From assembly GCA_019186845.1 (NCBI GenBank), contig JABARW010000019.1, positions 130,427-194,426 on the forward strand: 64,000 bases of DNA. The letters are read 5' to 3'. The stretch comes from Planctomycetota bacterium (lineage in GTDB: Bacteria; Planctomycetota; UBA8742; UBA2392). This document shows positions 44,373-53,900 of the stretch, in pieces (positions within the stretch are counted from its first letter, which is position 1; every line of letters starts with the position of its first letter). The translations under genes and the position numbers were made by a program. Below the pieces are notes generated by a model, which had not been told where the DNA came from, made no database searches, and saw only the letters and a program-made list of their open reading frames with translations.

Positions 44373-44389
44373 AGCAGCCGCCGTGCCAA
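44373..44389 (-). promoter_or_regulatory. Candidate sigma-54 (-24/-12) promoter upstream of flgF
   Basis: The minus strand reads TGGCACG-GCGG-CTGC, one mismatch from the TGGCACG-N4-TTGC consensus. It lies ~30 nt upstream of the flgF ATG. Confidence 0.3.
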
Positions 44390-44462
44390 AGGCGCCTGCC
44401 CCATGAGAGCAAGCGGCGCACCGGGAAGTTCGGTGCGCCGCGACGGAAAAGTTTTCCGGGCG

Positions 44463-46337
44463 CTACTTCTTGCCGCTGGGAAGCTCGTAGGTCCTGCGGT
44501 CGTCGTCGGTAAAAACGAAGGGCTTCTGATTCACGCCCTCGAGGTCCGCGATCTGACCGACCTTGGCCAGGACATAGGCCGTGAGTTCATCGACGCTGAC
44601 GTCGCGGTCCTTGTTCGCATCCGCCTTGCCCGACAGGGCCTCCAGCACGAAGGCCGTGAACAGGCCGCCGCCGAGTTCCTCCATCTCAAGGGCGCGCTCG
44701 GCCGAAGGCAGGCCCACCTGCGCGCCCGTGGCGCTCAGCACCACAAGGCGTGTGCCGCGCTCGGCGCAAAGCTGGAAGATCGGGGCCAGCAGCGAGTGGG
44801 GCTTTTCGTTCTCCGCCCGCGCCGGCAGCTTGGCCAACAGCGCGTCCGTTACGGCGCAGCGCGAATCGCCTCGCGCCAGGAACGAACAATCCAGATAGAG
44901 CACCAGGGTGCGGGGACGCTCTTCCAGCGCGGCGTCCACCAGCTCGATCAGGGGCGTGATTTCGAGCGGCGTATCGGCCGCCGAGACCGGAGGCTGGGCC
45001 AAAGCCAGGCCGAGGCGGCCGTCCTGCGTCAATGTGCCGGTGCCGCAGAACATGAGGAAGAACTCATCGTTGCCGCGCGCCAGGGGCGTGACCTTGCCGA
45101 TGGCCTCGATCACGGCGGCGCGTGTGGCGGCAGCGCCCGTGAGGGTGGTGACGGCCCCCTCGGTCAGGGGGCGCCGCGTGGCCGTCAGGGCAAAGCGCGA
45201 AAGGGCCGTAGCGTCGGCTTCGGCGTAGCGCGTCATGGGCAGGCCGGGCCGCCCCTGGGAGTCCACGCCGACAATCACCCCGGCGCGGCGGCGCAAGTCG
45301 CCCAGGAAGTCGGGATCTTCCAGTTTGCGGGAAAGGTCCTGTGTGACAAAGCGCAGGGCCTGCTTGTGGGCCGCACACTCGCCGATGGGAATCATCTTCG
45401 AGCCGACTTTGACCCAGTTGCTCTCGCCCATGTAGCCGGGGGTGCTGAAGATGGAGAGCGCGTTGAAGCCGTGGTCAAAGTCGTCAAGGCTGCGCACCAA
45501 AGTTTCCTTGGGCGCCAGGCGCTTGCCCAGGGCGAGATTGCCCGTGGAGGTGGGGTAGAGCCTCAGGTCAATGTGAACGTTGACGTCAAAATCCTCGTCG
45601 GCGATCCACCATGTGAAAACAGGGCTCATCATCCACCAGATGAACATGTTCCAGGCGTAGGCGCCGTTGCTCTCGATGTAGCCGACATCATGGCGGCGCA
45701 CGGAAGGCTGCATGACGACATCCAGCCCCTGCGCCAGAGCGAGGCGACGCAGCTCTTCGGGCGTGGAATTGGGACGCGCGCCTTCGATGGGCTCGATGCG
45801 CTCGAACATGCGATACTTCACCAGCACGTCCAGCAGGCGTTTGTGGATGCCCGTGGGCCCGTTGAGTTGCTCGGGGTTGGGGGCCAGCACCCAGCGCTTG
45901 GTGTCCTCGACGTTGGTCTTTTCAGGATTGAGTTCCAGCTCCAGCACGCAGGGAGCCAGGCCAACGCGCAGGCCCAGGGGCTGCCAGCCCGCGGGCACTA
46001 TCTTCTCGTTCTTGACGTCCTCTTCGAGGTTGGGCGTCTCGATGGTCGAACAGGCCGAGCAGGCCAGCACCAAGGCTGCTAGCGCGCACAACGCGGCCAA
46101 CGTTGAACCGCGCCTGCCTTCAGCAGGCCGCCGAAAAGGTCGAAGTGCCGACTTTCCAGGAAGGCAAGGAGCGCAGTCCCCAGGCACGTAAACCCGGCGG
46201 CCTGCAGCAAGAGACTCCTTCGGCGGGGCACCCTGAACCCGATGCACCCCTGAAGCGGTCCGTTCTGACTGGGATGATTCCATGTATTTGCCACCTGACG
46301 CCCCCGATCCGGCACGGGGCGAAGTCCAATTCCTCAC
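44463..46337 (-). CDS. Lipoprotein with C-terminal caspase-like (peptidase C14/CHAT-like) domain, catalytic His apparently substituted
   Basis: Lipobox 'LAALVLACSACS'. The C-terminus reads 'EFFLMFCGTGTL...(~50 aa)...LVLYLDCSFLAR...GGGLFTAFVLEALSGKADANKDRDVSVDELTAYV', collinear with caspase HG...DxCxSG blocks but with GTG in place of GHG. The GTG at 46337 overlaps the upstream stop by 1 nt (TAGTG); the true start is uncertain. Confidence 0.5.
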   Translation of the reverse strand: MRNWTSPRAGSGASGGKYMESSQSERTASGVHRVQGAPPKESLAAGRRVYVPGDCAPCLPGKSALRPFRRPAEGRRGSTLAALCALAALVLACSACSTIETPNLEEDVKNEKIVPAGWQPLGLRVGLAPCVLELELNPEKTNVEDTKRWVLAPNPEQLNGPTGIHKRLLDVLVKYRMFERIEPIEGARPNSTPEELRRLALAQGLDVVMQPSVRRHDVGYIESNGAYAWNMFIWWMMSPVFTWWIADEDFDVNVHIDLRLYPTSTGNLALGKRLAPKETLVRSLDDFDHGFNALSIFSTPGYMGESNWVKVGSKMIPIGECAAHKQALRFVTQDLSRKLEDPDFLGDLRRRAGVIVGVDSQGRPGLPMTRYAEADATALSRFALTATRRPLTEGAVTTLTGAAATRAAVIEAIGKVTPLARGNDEFFLMFCGTGTLTQDGRLGLALAQPPVSAADTPLEITPLIELVDAALEERPRTLVLYLDCSFLARGDSRCAVTDALLAKLPARAENEKPHSLLAPIFQLCAERGTRLVVLSATGAQVGLPSAERALEMEELGGGLFTAFVLEALSGKADANKDRDVSVDELTAYVLAKVGQIADLEGVNQKPFVFTDDDRRTYELPSGKK

Positions 46338-49300
46338 TACCCGTCCTTCTTCGGCTGATACTCCTGCACGCAGCGGAAGCCGCGCCCCGCCGAACGATCC
46401 GCCAGTTGGGCCGAACTGTTCTTGGCGCGGCGGGCATAGCCCAGAAACAGATCGGGCCTCAGGCCGGTTTCAGCGCCTTTGACCACGGCGCGACCTGGGC
46501 TGAAGGCTCCGTCGGTCCATTCGGCGCAGTTGCAGCCCAGGTCGTAAACGCCCAGCGCGTTCTTGGCCCATTCGGCTGTGCCCACTTCACGCAGGCGCGG
46601 CACGCCAATGAGCGGGGCGTCTTCGCGCTTGCCGAAGGGGTAATCGCCCTGGTCGGAGGGCTGGTTGGCGTTGGGGGCGCCGGCCGCGATTTCCCATTCG
46701 TCGGGAGTGGGAAGGCGTTTCTTGGCCCAGCGGGCGTAGGCGCGTGCTTCGTACCAGCTCACGCCCGTGACGGGCAAGCTGGACTGGCTTGGGTCAAAGC
46801 CGCCCTTGACCCAGCCCTTGGGTCCCGGCTTGCCGGTGGTGTCCACGAAGTTCTTGACCAGGGGCAGTGCCTCTTCGTCCCAGAAGCGGGGCTGGCTGTA
46901 GCCCTCGTCAGCTACGAACTTGAGGAACTCGGCATTGGTCACGGGGACGCGGTCCATGAACAGGATTTTCTGCTGCTCCACCGTGCGCTGGCGGTTTTTG
47001 TCGGAGTCGCGCAGGGAACCCACGATGAAGCTTCCGCGCGGCAGAATCACCAGGCGATCAGAGAGGTCGGCCAGGGCCTTGCGCGCCGTGATTTCGTCGA
47101 GTCGGCCCTGGGCCTCGGCGCGGTGCGCCTTCTCCACGAGGTAGATCAGGGCGCGCTTGAGGTAGTCGACGGCCACGGCATCTTCGGTGCCGCGCGACTC
47201 CTCAAGCAGAACGACGCCCAGGCGCGAGCGGATGGCCGCGATGTAGCCCTCGGCGCGCTGGACGTAGTCGGGATCCTTGATCGTCTCGCGATAGAGCTTC
47301 TCATAGGCGCCGAGAATCGCTTCCACCTGGTCGCTGGTGGTGGCTGTTGCCTCGCGCGCGTGTATTTCCTCAAGGTTTGCAAACTGCCAGAGCTGGGCGA
47401 GCCGGGCCTTGTCGCGTGCGGTAGCATACTTGCTGGCCTCAGCTTCCTTCATGGCCTTGGCCACGTACTCGACGGCGATGGTCCAGCTTGAGGAGCCCAC
47501 GGCGTCTTCGGCCGTCTTGAGCAGGCGCTGGAAGCCCGAGAAGGCCGCCTCCTTCTCCGTGAAGTCGGCGCGCAGTTTCTTGACCTGGTCGCCGCGCTGG
47601 CCCGTGATTTCGGCGATACTGAGCATCAGGTCGCACACCTCGAACTTGGGTGGCTCCTGGGAAAGAGCCTGGCGGGCGTACTCCAGAGTTACGTCCGCCT
47701 TGGCACCCGCGGCCTCAGTTTTGAGTTTGGCCGCCTGCTCGTCGGAGAGGGGCACAGCCAGGGCCAAGTCTGAGAGGCGGATGACCTCGAGCACGGGGTT
47801 CTTGGCCGCCTCGAACTGGTCAGCCTTGACCAGCAGAGTCCGGGCGGCCTGCACACGGGCGCGCAGTTCAACGAGTTTGTCGCCCAGGTCCTTGAGCTGG
47901 CGGTTGCGCTCGCGGCCGGCCTCGTAGTCTGCCAGCCACTTTTCCACGCGCAGCTTTTCGTCGCCCGCTTCCTTGTTGCCTGGGTCGATGGCCAGCGCGG
48001 CCAGCAGGTCCTGCAGAGCGGCAGTGTATTGGCCACGGATGGTGTCATCGGCGGGGCGGTTGCGGTCCTGGGCCTCCTTCAGGGCGAGGTCGGCGGATTC
48101 GCGGCTGGCCCGCGCCTTCTTCAGCGCGTCGGCCAGGCTCTTCTGCCTCTCGGCTTCCTTTTCCTTCTGGGCGGCGTCGCGGGCGGCCTGCTCCTGGGCG
48201 GCCTGCACGCGGGCCTGTTCGAGGCTGGCGTTCTGCCGGCCCTCGCGGGCGCGCTCATCGGTGTCGTTGAGCTGCAGCACCGCTTCGAACTCGCTCTGCG
48301 CCTTGACGGCCTTATCCGAAGCCGCGGCAAATTGGCCAGCCTCGCGGGCCGTGGCCGCCTCGAGCAGCAACGTCTCACCGTTCTTGAGTTTGACCGGCAC
48401 GTCGGCAAGGCGGGCCTGACGCAGCACCACGACCGTCGCCACAATGCCGCCCATAAGGGCCAGCACGATGGCCGTGCCCGCGAAAACGGCCTTGCGATGC
48501 CGCGCCAGCCATTTGCGCACGAGCTGGCCCATAGTGTATTCGACGGCCGAGAGCGTCTTGCCTTCCTGCCACGAACGCAGGTTCTCGATCAGGTCCTGGG
48601 TACTCTGGATGCGGGCGCGCGGATCCTTGTTCAGGCAGCGCATGGCCAGCTGTTCGAGTTCCTGGGGGATGGCGCGGTCCTGGGCGCGCCTTGACGGCGG
48701 CTCGGGGTCGTACTCGCGAACCTGATCGAGGATTTCCTCGGAGTTCTTGCCCGTCCAGGGCAGTTTCAGGCAGAGGATCTCGTACAGGATCACGCCCAGC
48801 GAGAAGATATCGCTCTGCACGTCCAGCGTGTCGGTTTCGCCGCGGGCCTGCTCGGGCGACATGTAGGTGGGCGTGCCGAGGATGGCGCCGACCATGGTCG
48901 TGCCTGCGTGGGCGTCGCGACGGTCACTGGCCACGGTGCGTTCGGCTGTCTCCTCGCGCGTGCCCACAATCTTGGATACGCCCCAGTCCATGATCTGCAC
49001 TTCACCAAAACGGCCGACCATGATGTTGGCCGGCTTGAGGTCGCGGTGAATCACACCACGCGAGTGAGCGAAGGCCAGGCCTTCACACAGCTTGATGAAG
49101 ATCTCTACCAGGCGTGAAAGTGGGTAGCTGCGCGTCGCATTGGCATCGCCCTGGCGCAGCCGCTTGAGCACCGAGCTGAGTTCCTCACCCTCCACAAGCT
49201 TCATCGTGAAATAGAGGTTGCCGCGCCCATCCACGCCGATTTCGTGCACGGGGACGATGTTGGGGTGTTCGAGCTGGCCGGTGATCTGGGCCTCTTCGAG

Positions 49301-50914
49301 GAAGCGCTCCACGAGGTCCTTGCGGCCGAGCATTTCCTTGCGCAGCACCTTCAGAGCTACGCTGCGACGCAAGTCGTTATCTTCGACCTCTAGCACCTTG
49401 CCCATGCCGCCGCGTGCGATCTCACGGATCACGGTGTAGCGCTTGTAGGCGCCGCCGCCCTGCTTGAGACGTTTGACCACGCGCATGGCGGTGTCCTGGC
49501 CATCGGCGATCTTCACGCCTTCACCCAGGCCCATTTTCTCCCGCATCTGCGCCAGCGTGACCTGGGAGGCCGAAATCTGCTCGCCGGCCAGGTTCTGGTC
49601 GTCCGTAATGTTGCTCTCAACGCCCACTTTGTTGCGTTTACGTCCTCCCACTTCACCCGTGGCCAGAGCCGTGCTCATGCCGCTGGTGCGCGATCCTGTG
49701 CTGGGTTCGTTGGTAATCTCGCCGGTGATTTCGTCATCGATGCCGGCCTCTGAATCGTCGTAAACGGTCTTGAGGTCCGTGGGCGCGAGTGTGTCGCCGG
49801 TCAATGTCACGCCAAAATCGGCGTCCGAGTCATCCTTGACTTCCGTCACTGCGGGCGGCTTCGAAGGCGCCTTGGAGGCCGGCGAGGCGGACTTCTTGCC
49901 GGGTGCGCGCGTCTTGCCGAAGTCGGTCACCGTGGCCGACGGGTCGTCCTCGGGCGTTCCCTTGGCCACGTCCTTCTCGGAGTCGAACAGCGTGACTTCC
50001 TCAATCTTGGCGCTGGCCAGTACGGCATCGGAAAAGGCGGGCCGCGTGAGGTCTGCGGGCTGGCCGAAGTAGCCGTCGTCGGCATCGCGCATGACGTCGC
50101 GCACGGCGCTGTCATTGAGGGCCGATGAGGGCGTTGGCGGCGCCTTGGGCTCATCCTCGATCATGGGCAGGGGCTGGCGCGCGAGGTCGGGCATGGACTG
50201 GGTCTGTGGCTCCAGCTCGCTGGCCGACTCGTCAAAGTCCACCAGAGTGTCGCCGCTGCCGCCCAAGCGCTGGTCTTCGGCCATGGGGCTGACCTGCATG
50301 GGCTCGAGATTTCCCTCGGGCGCGAGGTCCGGCTGGGCGGCTCCCTGGCTGGCGGTTTCGAGGCCCAGGTTGGTTGAGCCCAGGTCGTCCCATTGGCTGG
50401 GCGTCCGCTCCACCAGCACGGGCGAGTTCGTAAGTTCCGGGATGGGCTCAGGCCTCGGTGTCACCGGCAGGGGCGAAAGGCCGGGGTTGGATCCCTCCTC
50501 AAACAGCGAATCGCCGCTCTGGCTCGTCGGCGGCGGCAGCTCCATTTCCAGGTGCGACTCTTCGCTCGACTTGCGCAGGCCTGACTTCTTCGGCGGCATA
50601 CCGTTGGGCAGCGGCTCCACAAGCCGCGGCACTTCGTCAAATCGCTCTTCCTCGGGCGCCAGCGCCGCGGGCTCGCCCGCGCGCTGCCTAAGATCGGCGA
50701 CAGTGTCGCTGGGCCTGGCGTTGAGCAACTGCATGGCGGTCGTGACGTCAATGTAGCCGCGCTCTACCGCCAGTTCATGGACGCCGAGTTCGGGGTCGAC
50801 GCGGCGGCGCACGGCCAGCTCCTGGCGAAGGGAAGCGGCCTGGGCGGAAGTCAGCAGCCGGCGCTCCTGGGCGCGTGCGAGAAACTGAACATCAAGCGGG
50901 TCGGCGTTGCCCAT
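46337..50914 (-). CDS. Transmembrane Ser/Thr protein kinase with C-terminal extracytoplasmic formylglycine-generating-enzyme (FGE-sulfatase) domain
   Basis: Kinase 'ARGGMGKVLEVED...ALKVL...HRDLKPANIMV...DWGVSK...GTPTYMSPEQ', a TM 'AVFAGTAIVLALMGGIVATVVVL', a ~500-aa coiled-coil region, then FGE 'GVSWYEARAYARWAKKRLPTPDEWEIAAG...GVYDLGCNCAEWTDG...GRGFRCV'. Length 1525 aa. Confidence 0.85.
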   Translation of the reverse strand: MGNADPLDVQFLARAQERRLLTSAQAASLRQELAVRRRVDPELGVHELAVERGYIDVTTAMQLLNARPSDTVADLRQRAGEPAALAPEEERFDEVPRLVEPLPNGMPPKKSGLRKSSEESHLEMELPPPTSQSGDSLFEEGSNPGLSPLPVTPRPEPIPELTNSPVLVERTPSQWDDLGSTNLGLETASQGAAQPDLAPEGNLEPMQVSPMAEDQRLGGSGDTLVDFDESASELEPQTQSMPDLARQPLPMIEDEPKAPPTPSSALNDSAVRDVMRDADDGYFGQPADLTRPAFSDAVLASAKIEEVTLFDSEKDVAKGTPEDDPSATVTDFGKTRAPGKKSASPASKAPSKPPAVTEVKDDSDADFGVTLTGDTLAPTDLKTVYDDSEAGIDDEITGEITNEPSTGSRTSGMSTALATGEVGGRKRNKVGVESNITDDQNLAGEQISASQVTLAQMREKMGLGEGVKIADGQDTAMRVVKRLKQGGGAYKRYTVIREIARGGMGKVLEVEDNDLRRSVALKVLRKEMLGRKDLVERFLEEAQITGQLEHPNIVPVHEIGVDGRGNLYFTMKLVEGEELSSVLKRLRQGDANATRSYPLSRLVEIFIKLCEGLAFAHSRGVIHRDLKPANIMVGRFGEVQIMDWGVSKIVGTREETAERTVASDRRDAHAGTTMVGAILGTPTYMSPEQARGETDTLDVQSDIFSLGVILYEILCLKLPWTGKNSEEILDQVREYDPEPPSRRAQDRAIPQELEQLAMRCLNKDPRARIQSTQDLIENLRSWQEGKTLSAVEYTMGQLVRKWLARHRKAVFAGTAIVLALMGGIVATVVVLRQARLADVPVKLKNGETLLLEAATAREAGQFAAASDKAVKAQSEFEAVLQLNDTDERAREGRQNASLEQARVQAAQEQAARDAAQKEKEAERQKSLADALKKARASRESADLALKEAQDRNRPADDTIRGQYTAALQDLLAALAIDPGNKEAGDEKLRVEKWLADYEAGRERNRQLKDLGDKLVELRARVQAARTLLVKADQFEAAKNPVLEVIRLSDLALAVPLSDEQAAKLKTEAAGAKADVTLEYARQALSQEPPKFEVCDLMLSIAEITGQRGDQVKKLRADFTEKEAAFSGFQRLLKTAEDAVGSSSWTIAVEYVAKAMKEAEASKYATARDKARLAQLWQFANLEEIHAREATATTSDQVEAILGAYEKLYRETIKDPDYVQRAEGYIAAIRSRLGVVLLEESRGTEDAVAVDYLKRALIYLVEKAHRAEAQGRLDEITARKALADLSDRLVILPRGSFIVGSLRDSDKNRQRTVEQQKILFMDRVPVTNAEFLKFVADEGYSQPRFWDEEALPLVKNFVDTTGKPGPKGWVKGGFDPSQSSLPVTGVSWYEARAYARWAKKRLPTPDEWEIAAGAPNANQPSDQGDYPFGKREDAPLIGVPRLREVGTAEWAKNALGVYDLGCNCAEWTDGAFSPGRAVVKGAETGLRPDLFLGYARRAKNSSAQLADRSAGRGFRCVQEYQPKKDG

Positions 50915-50917
50915 GCC

Positions 50918-53900
50918 TTACTCGAACCTCACGATACGGACCTGGTTGAGCTTGCGCGTCTTGCCGGCGCCGAGGTCATACTCGCCGCCGATCGCGTAAA
51001 AGCGTTTGCTGGCCGGGTCGAACATGCCGCAAGCGCCTAGGCCATGTTGGGCACCGCCAATGGTCAGCGACTGCCATGTGGTGCCCGCCGGCGGGGTGAT
51101 GGCCGGGTTGCAGAAGACCAGGGCCTGGTTGTCGAACTGGGCTGGCGGCGCCGTCAGGAAGCGCTCGCCATCGGGGTCAAAGGCGCCGGCGCCGGGGAAG
51201 ATGCCCTTGGGCGCCGAGGGAGCGTGGGTGGCCAGAGCCGTCCAGGTGCCGGCGCTGACACTCGTAAAGACCCACTCGTAAAGCTGCAGTGTGCCGCTCT
51301 GCGCGGCCTGGGTGGCGCCGCCCAGCACATACATGCGGGACTTGTCGTCGCTGATGCCGCAGAACGCCCCGGCGCGGCCGTCAATGCTGCCCGTCACCGT
51401 GGGCGTGACCCAGGTGGGGGCGCCGGCGAGATTCAGGTAGTGGATGCTGCCCGTGTAGGGGGAGGCTGTATTGTCGTAGCCGCCAAACACAATCATGCGG
51501 TCGTTGCTTTCATCAAAGCAGGCTGCATGTCCCATGCGAGGCGTGGGGGGCGTGCCCGTGGTTGAGGCCTGCGCCCAGGTGCGTGTCGTCGGATTGAACT
51601 GGTACACCGAATTCTGAAGCAGTGACTGGCCTGTCGCCGCCTTGTTGCCGCCGAACAGCACGATGCGGTTGGTGGCACCATTGAACACCAGCGAAGCGCC
51701 CTGCAACTGGCCGGGCAGAGTAGCCGCGCCGGAGGACGGGTTGACGACCTCCCAGAGCACGCCGGCGCCAAACGTATCAAAGCGAACGCGCCACAGCTCA
51801 TCGCTCACGCCGTGGTCGCAGATACCGCCGTAAACGTAACCCCAGTCGAGGGACTCAATCCAGACGCAGGCGGCGTTGCGCCGGCCCTGGGGCACGATGC
51901 CCGAGGGGCTGGGCTGCAGCCAGTTCAGCGTGTTCGTGGTGGATTGCCAGAGATCGCCAAAGTAGCCCACCAGGTTGCGGCCGCCGAACATCACCAGCTG
52001 GGTTCCGGCGACAATCAGCGCGGCATCGCCGCGGGCGTCGGGTGTGCGTTCCAGGGCGATAGAGGGAAGGCCCCAGGTGGGCGGAGCGACATTGAAGTCC
52101 AGGATGCGCAACTCGTTGGTGAAGAGGCCGCCGGGCGAGCGCCCGCCGAACACCAGCAGTCGGTTGTTCGCCGCGTCAAAGGCCGCGCTGGCGTCATCGA
52201 GACCGCCGGCGGGGGCCGTTCCCAGCGTGGTGACTGCGTCCCAGTTCCAGGGGCTGACCGCAGTGTTGAGCTGCCACACCACGGTCGCAGTAGTGCCGGA
52301 CGTGTAGGTTCCCACGAGGCAATGCTTGGCCGAGGCGGAGTTATAGAAATAAGCGCACTTCTCGGTTTGCGGCGCGCCCGGCGTGCCCGTCACGCCGGTC
52401 TGGCGCGAAAGCCAGGCAGGCGAGGCGGGAGTGGTGATATCCAGGCGGAAGATCGTATCGCCCACGCAGATCCGGATTTCGTTGCTGGGCTCGTCGTGGA
52501 AGCAGAGGTACCGGTAGGTCTGGCTCAGCTTGGGCGTGTTGCCGCCGCTGCCGGAGGGCGAAAGGGCGGTCCAGGCGGGGGTGGTGGCCAGCGTATCAAG
52601 ATAGTAGACGCCCACGTTGCTGGTGCTGTTGCCCAAGAAGGCGAACAGCAGCTTGCGCGGGTTGTCAAACACCATGCTGATGGTGTTGGTGGGCAGGGCT
52701 GCGTTGATGCGCGGCAAGGAGGTGAAAGTGCCGCCCACGGGGTTGTAGATGAAGCAGAGGTCGTCGTGTTTGCCCGTGGAGTGGCTCGTTTCGCTGAGAC
52801 CGCCCATGACGAAGACGCGGTTGTTGGAGGAATCGTACGCCACGGAAGGCTCGCTGCGCGCCATGGAGATGTCGCCGCGGAAGGTGCTCACGTTGCCCAT
52901 GCCGTCGAGGTTGATGGTCGCGGTGTTGAAGACAGAGGGCACCACCGTACTGGTGGCGCGGATGATCACCGTGGCGTCGTTCTGGCCCGTGGTCGGGGGC
53001 GTGTAGCGGCCAGAGCTGTCAATGGTACCGCCGCCGCTGACCACTGCCCAGTTCACCGTTTGCGCGGCGCCGCTGGGCAGCACGTTGGCCGTGAAGATCA
53101 GGACGCGGCCCTGCACAAAGGTGCGACCGGTGTTGGGCGAGATGGTCAGGCTGGTGGGCAGGGTGCCCGTGCTGGGGTTGACGGTCACGACCGCCGTGGC
53201 TGTCACGGTGCCGGCGACGGAACTCGTCGCGGTGACCGTGACGTTCTGCGCGGCCCCGGCGCTGGAGGGAGGCGTGTAAACGCCTGAGGCGCTGTCGATG
53301 CTGCCGAACACCGGATTGATGGTCCAGATGACCGACTGATTGGCGTTGGCGGGTACGAAGTTGACGGCGTCAAAGTCTACGCCGGCGCCGCCCGCCGTAA
53401 CGATGGCCGTCGAGGGTGAGACCTGGAAGCTGGTGGGTGGCGGGGCGACCAGGTTGATCTGGTAGTCGTCCGTCACGCTGGAGACAACCTGGCTGCGCGC
53501 CCGCACGAACACTTGGCTGGGAGAGGGCAGGGCCGAGGGCGACGTATACAGGCCCGAGGAGTTCACAAAGCCCACCGTCGAATTGCCGGACCCCTGGTTC
53601 ACTCCATTCCAGTCGATGGTCCAGTAAACCTGTTGGGGAGCGTCCGGCGGGTTGACCGTTGCCATGAGACTGAGGGTCTGACCCAGGGTGACCTGCGAGG
53701 GACCCTGGCTGGACCCCACGGCCTCCGTCACCAGCAGCGAGACGGGGCTGGGCTTGAGGTTGACCACCGCCGAGCCGAAAACCGTGCCGTCAACGCTGGT
53801 GGCGCGCACGTTGATCTGCTTGACCACAGGCAGCGATGTAGGCGCCGTGTAAAGTCCGCCCTGGGTGACCGTGCCATTGGCAGAACCGCCCACCACGGAC

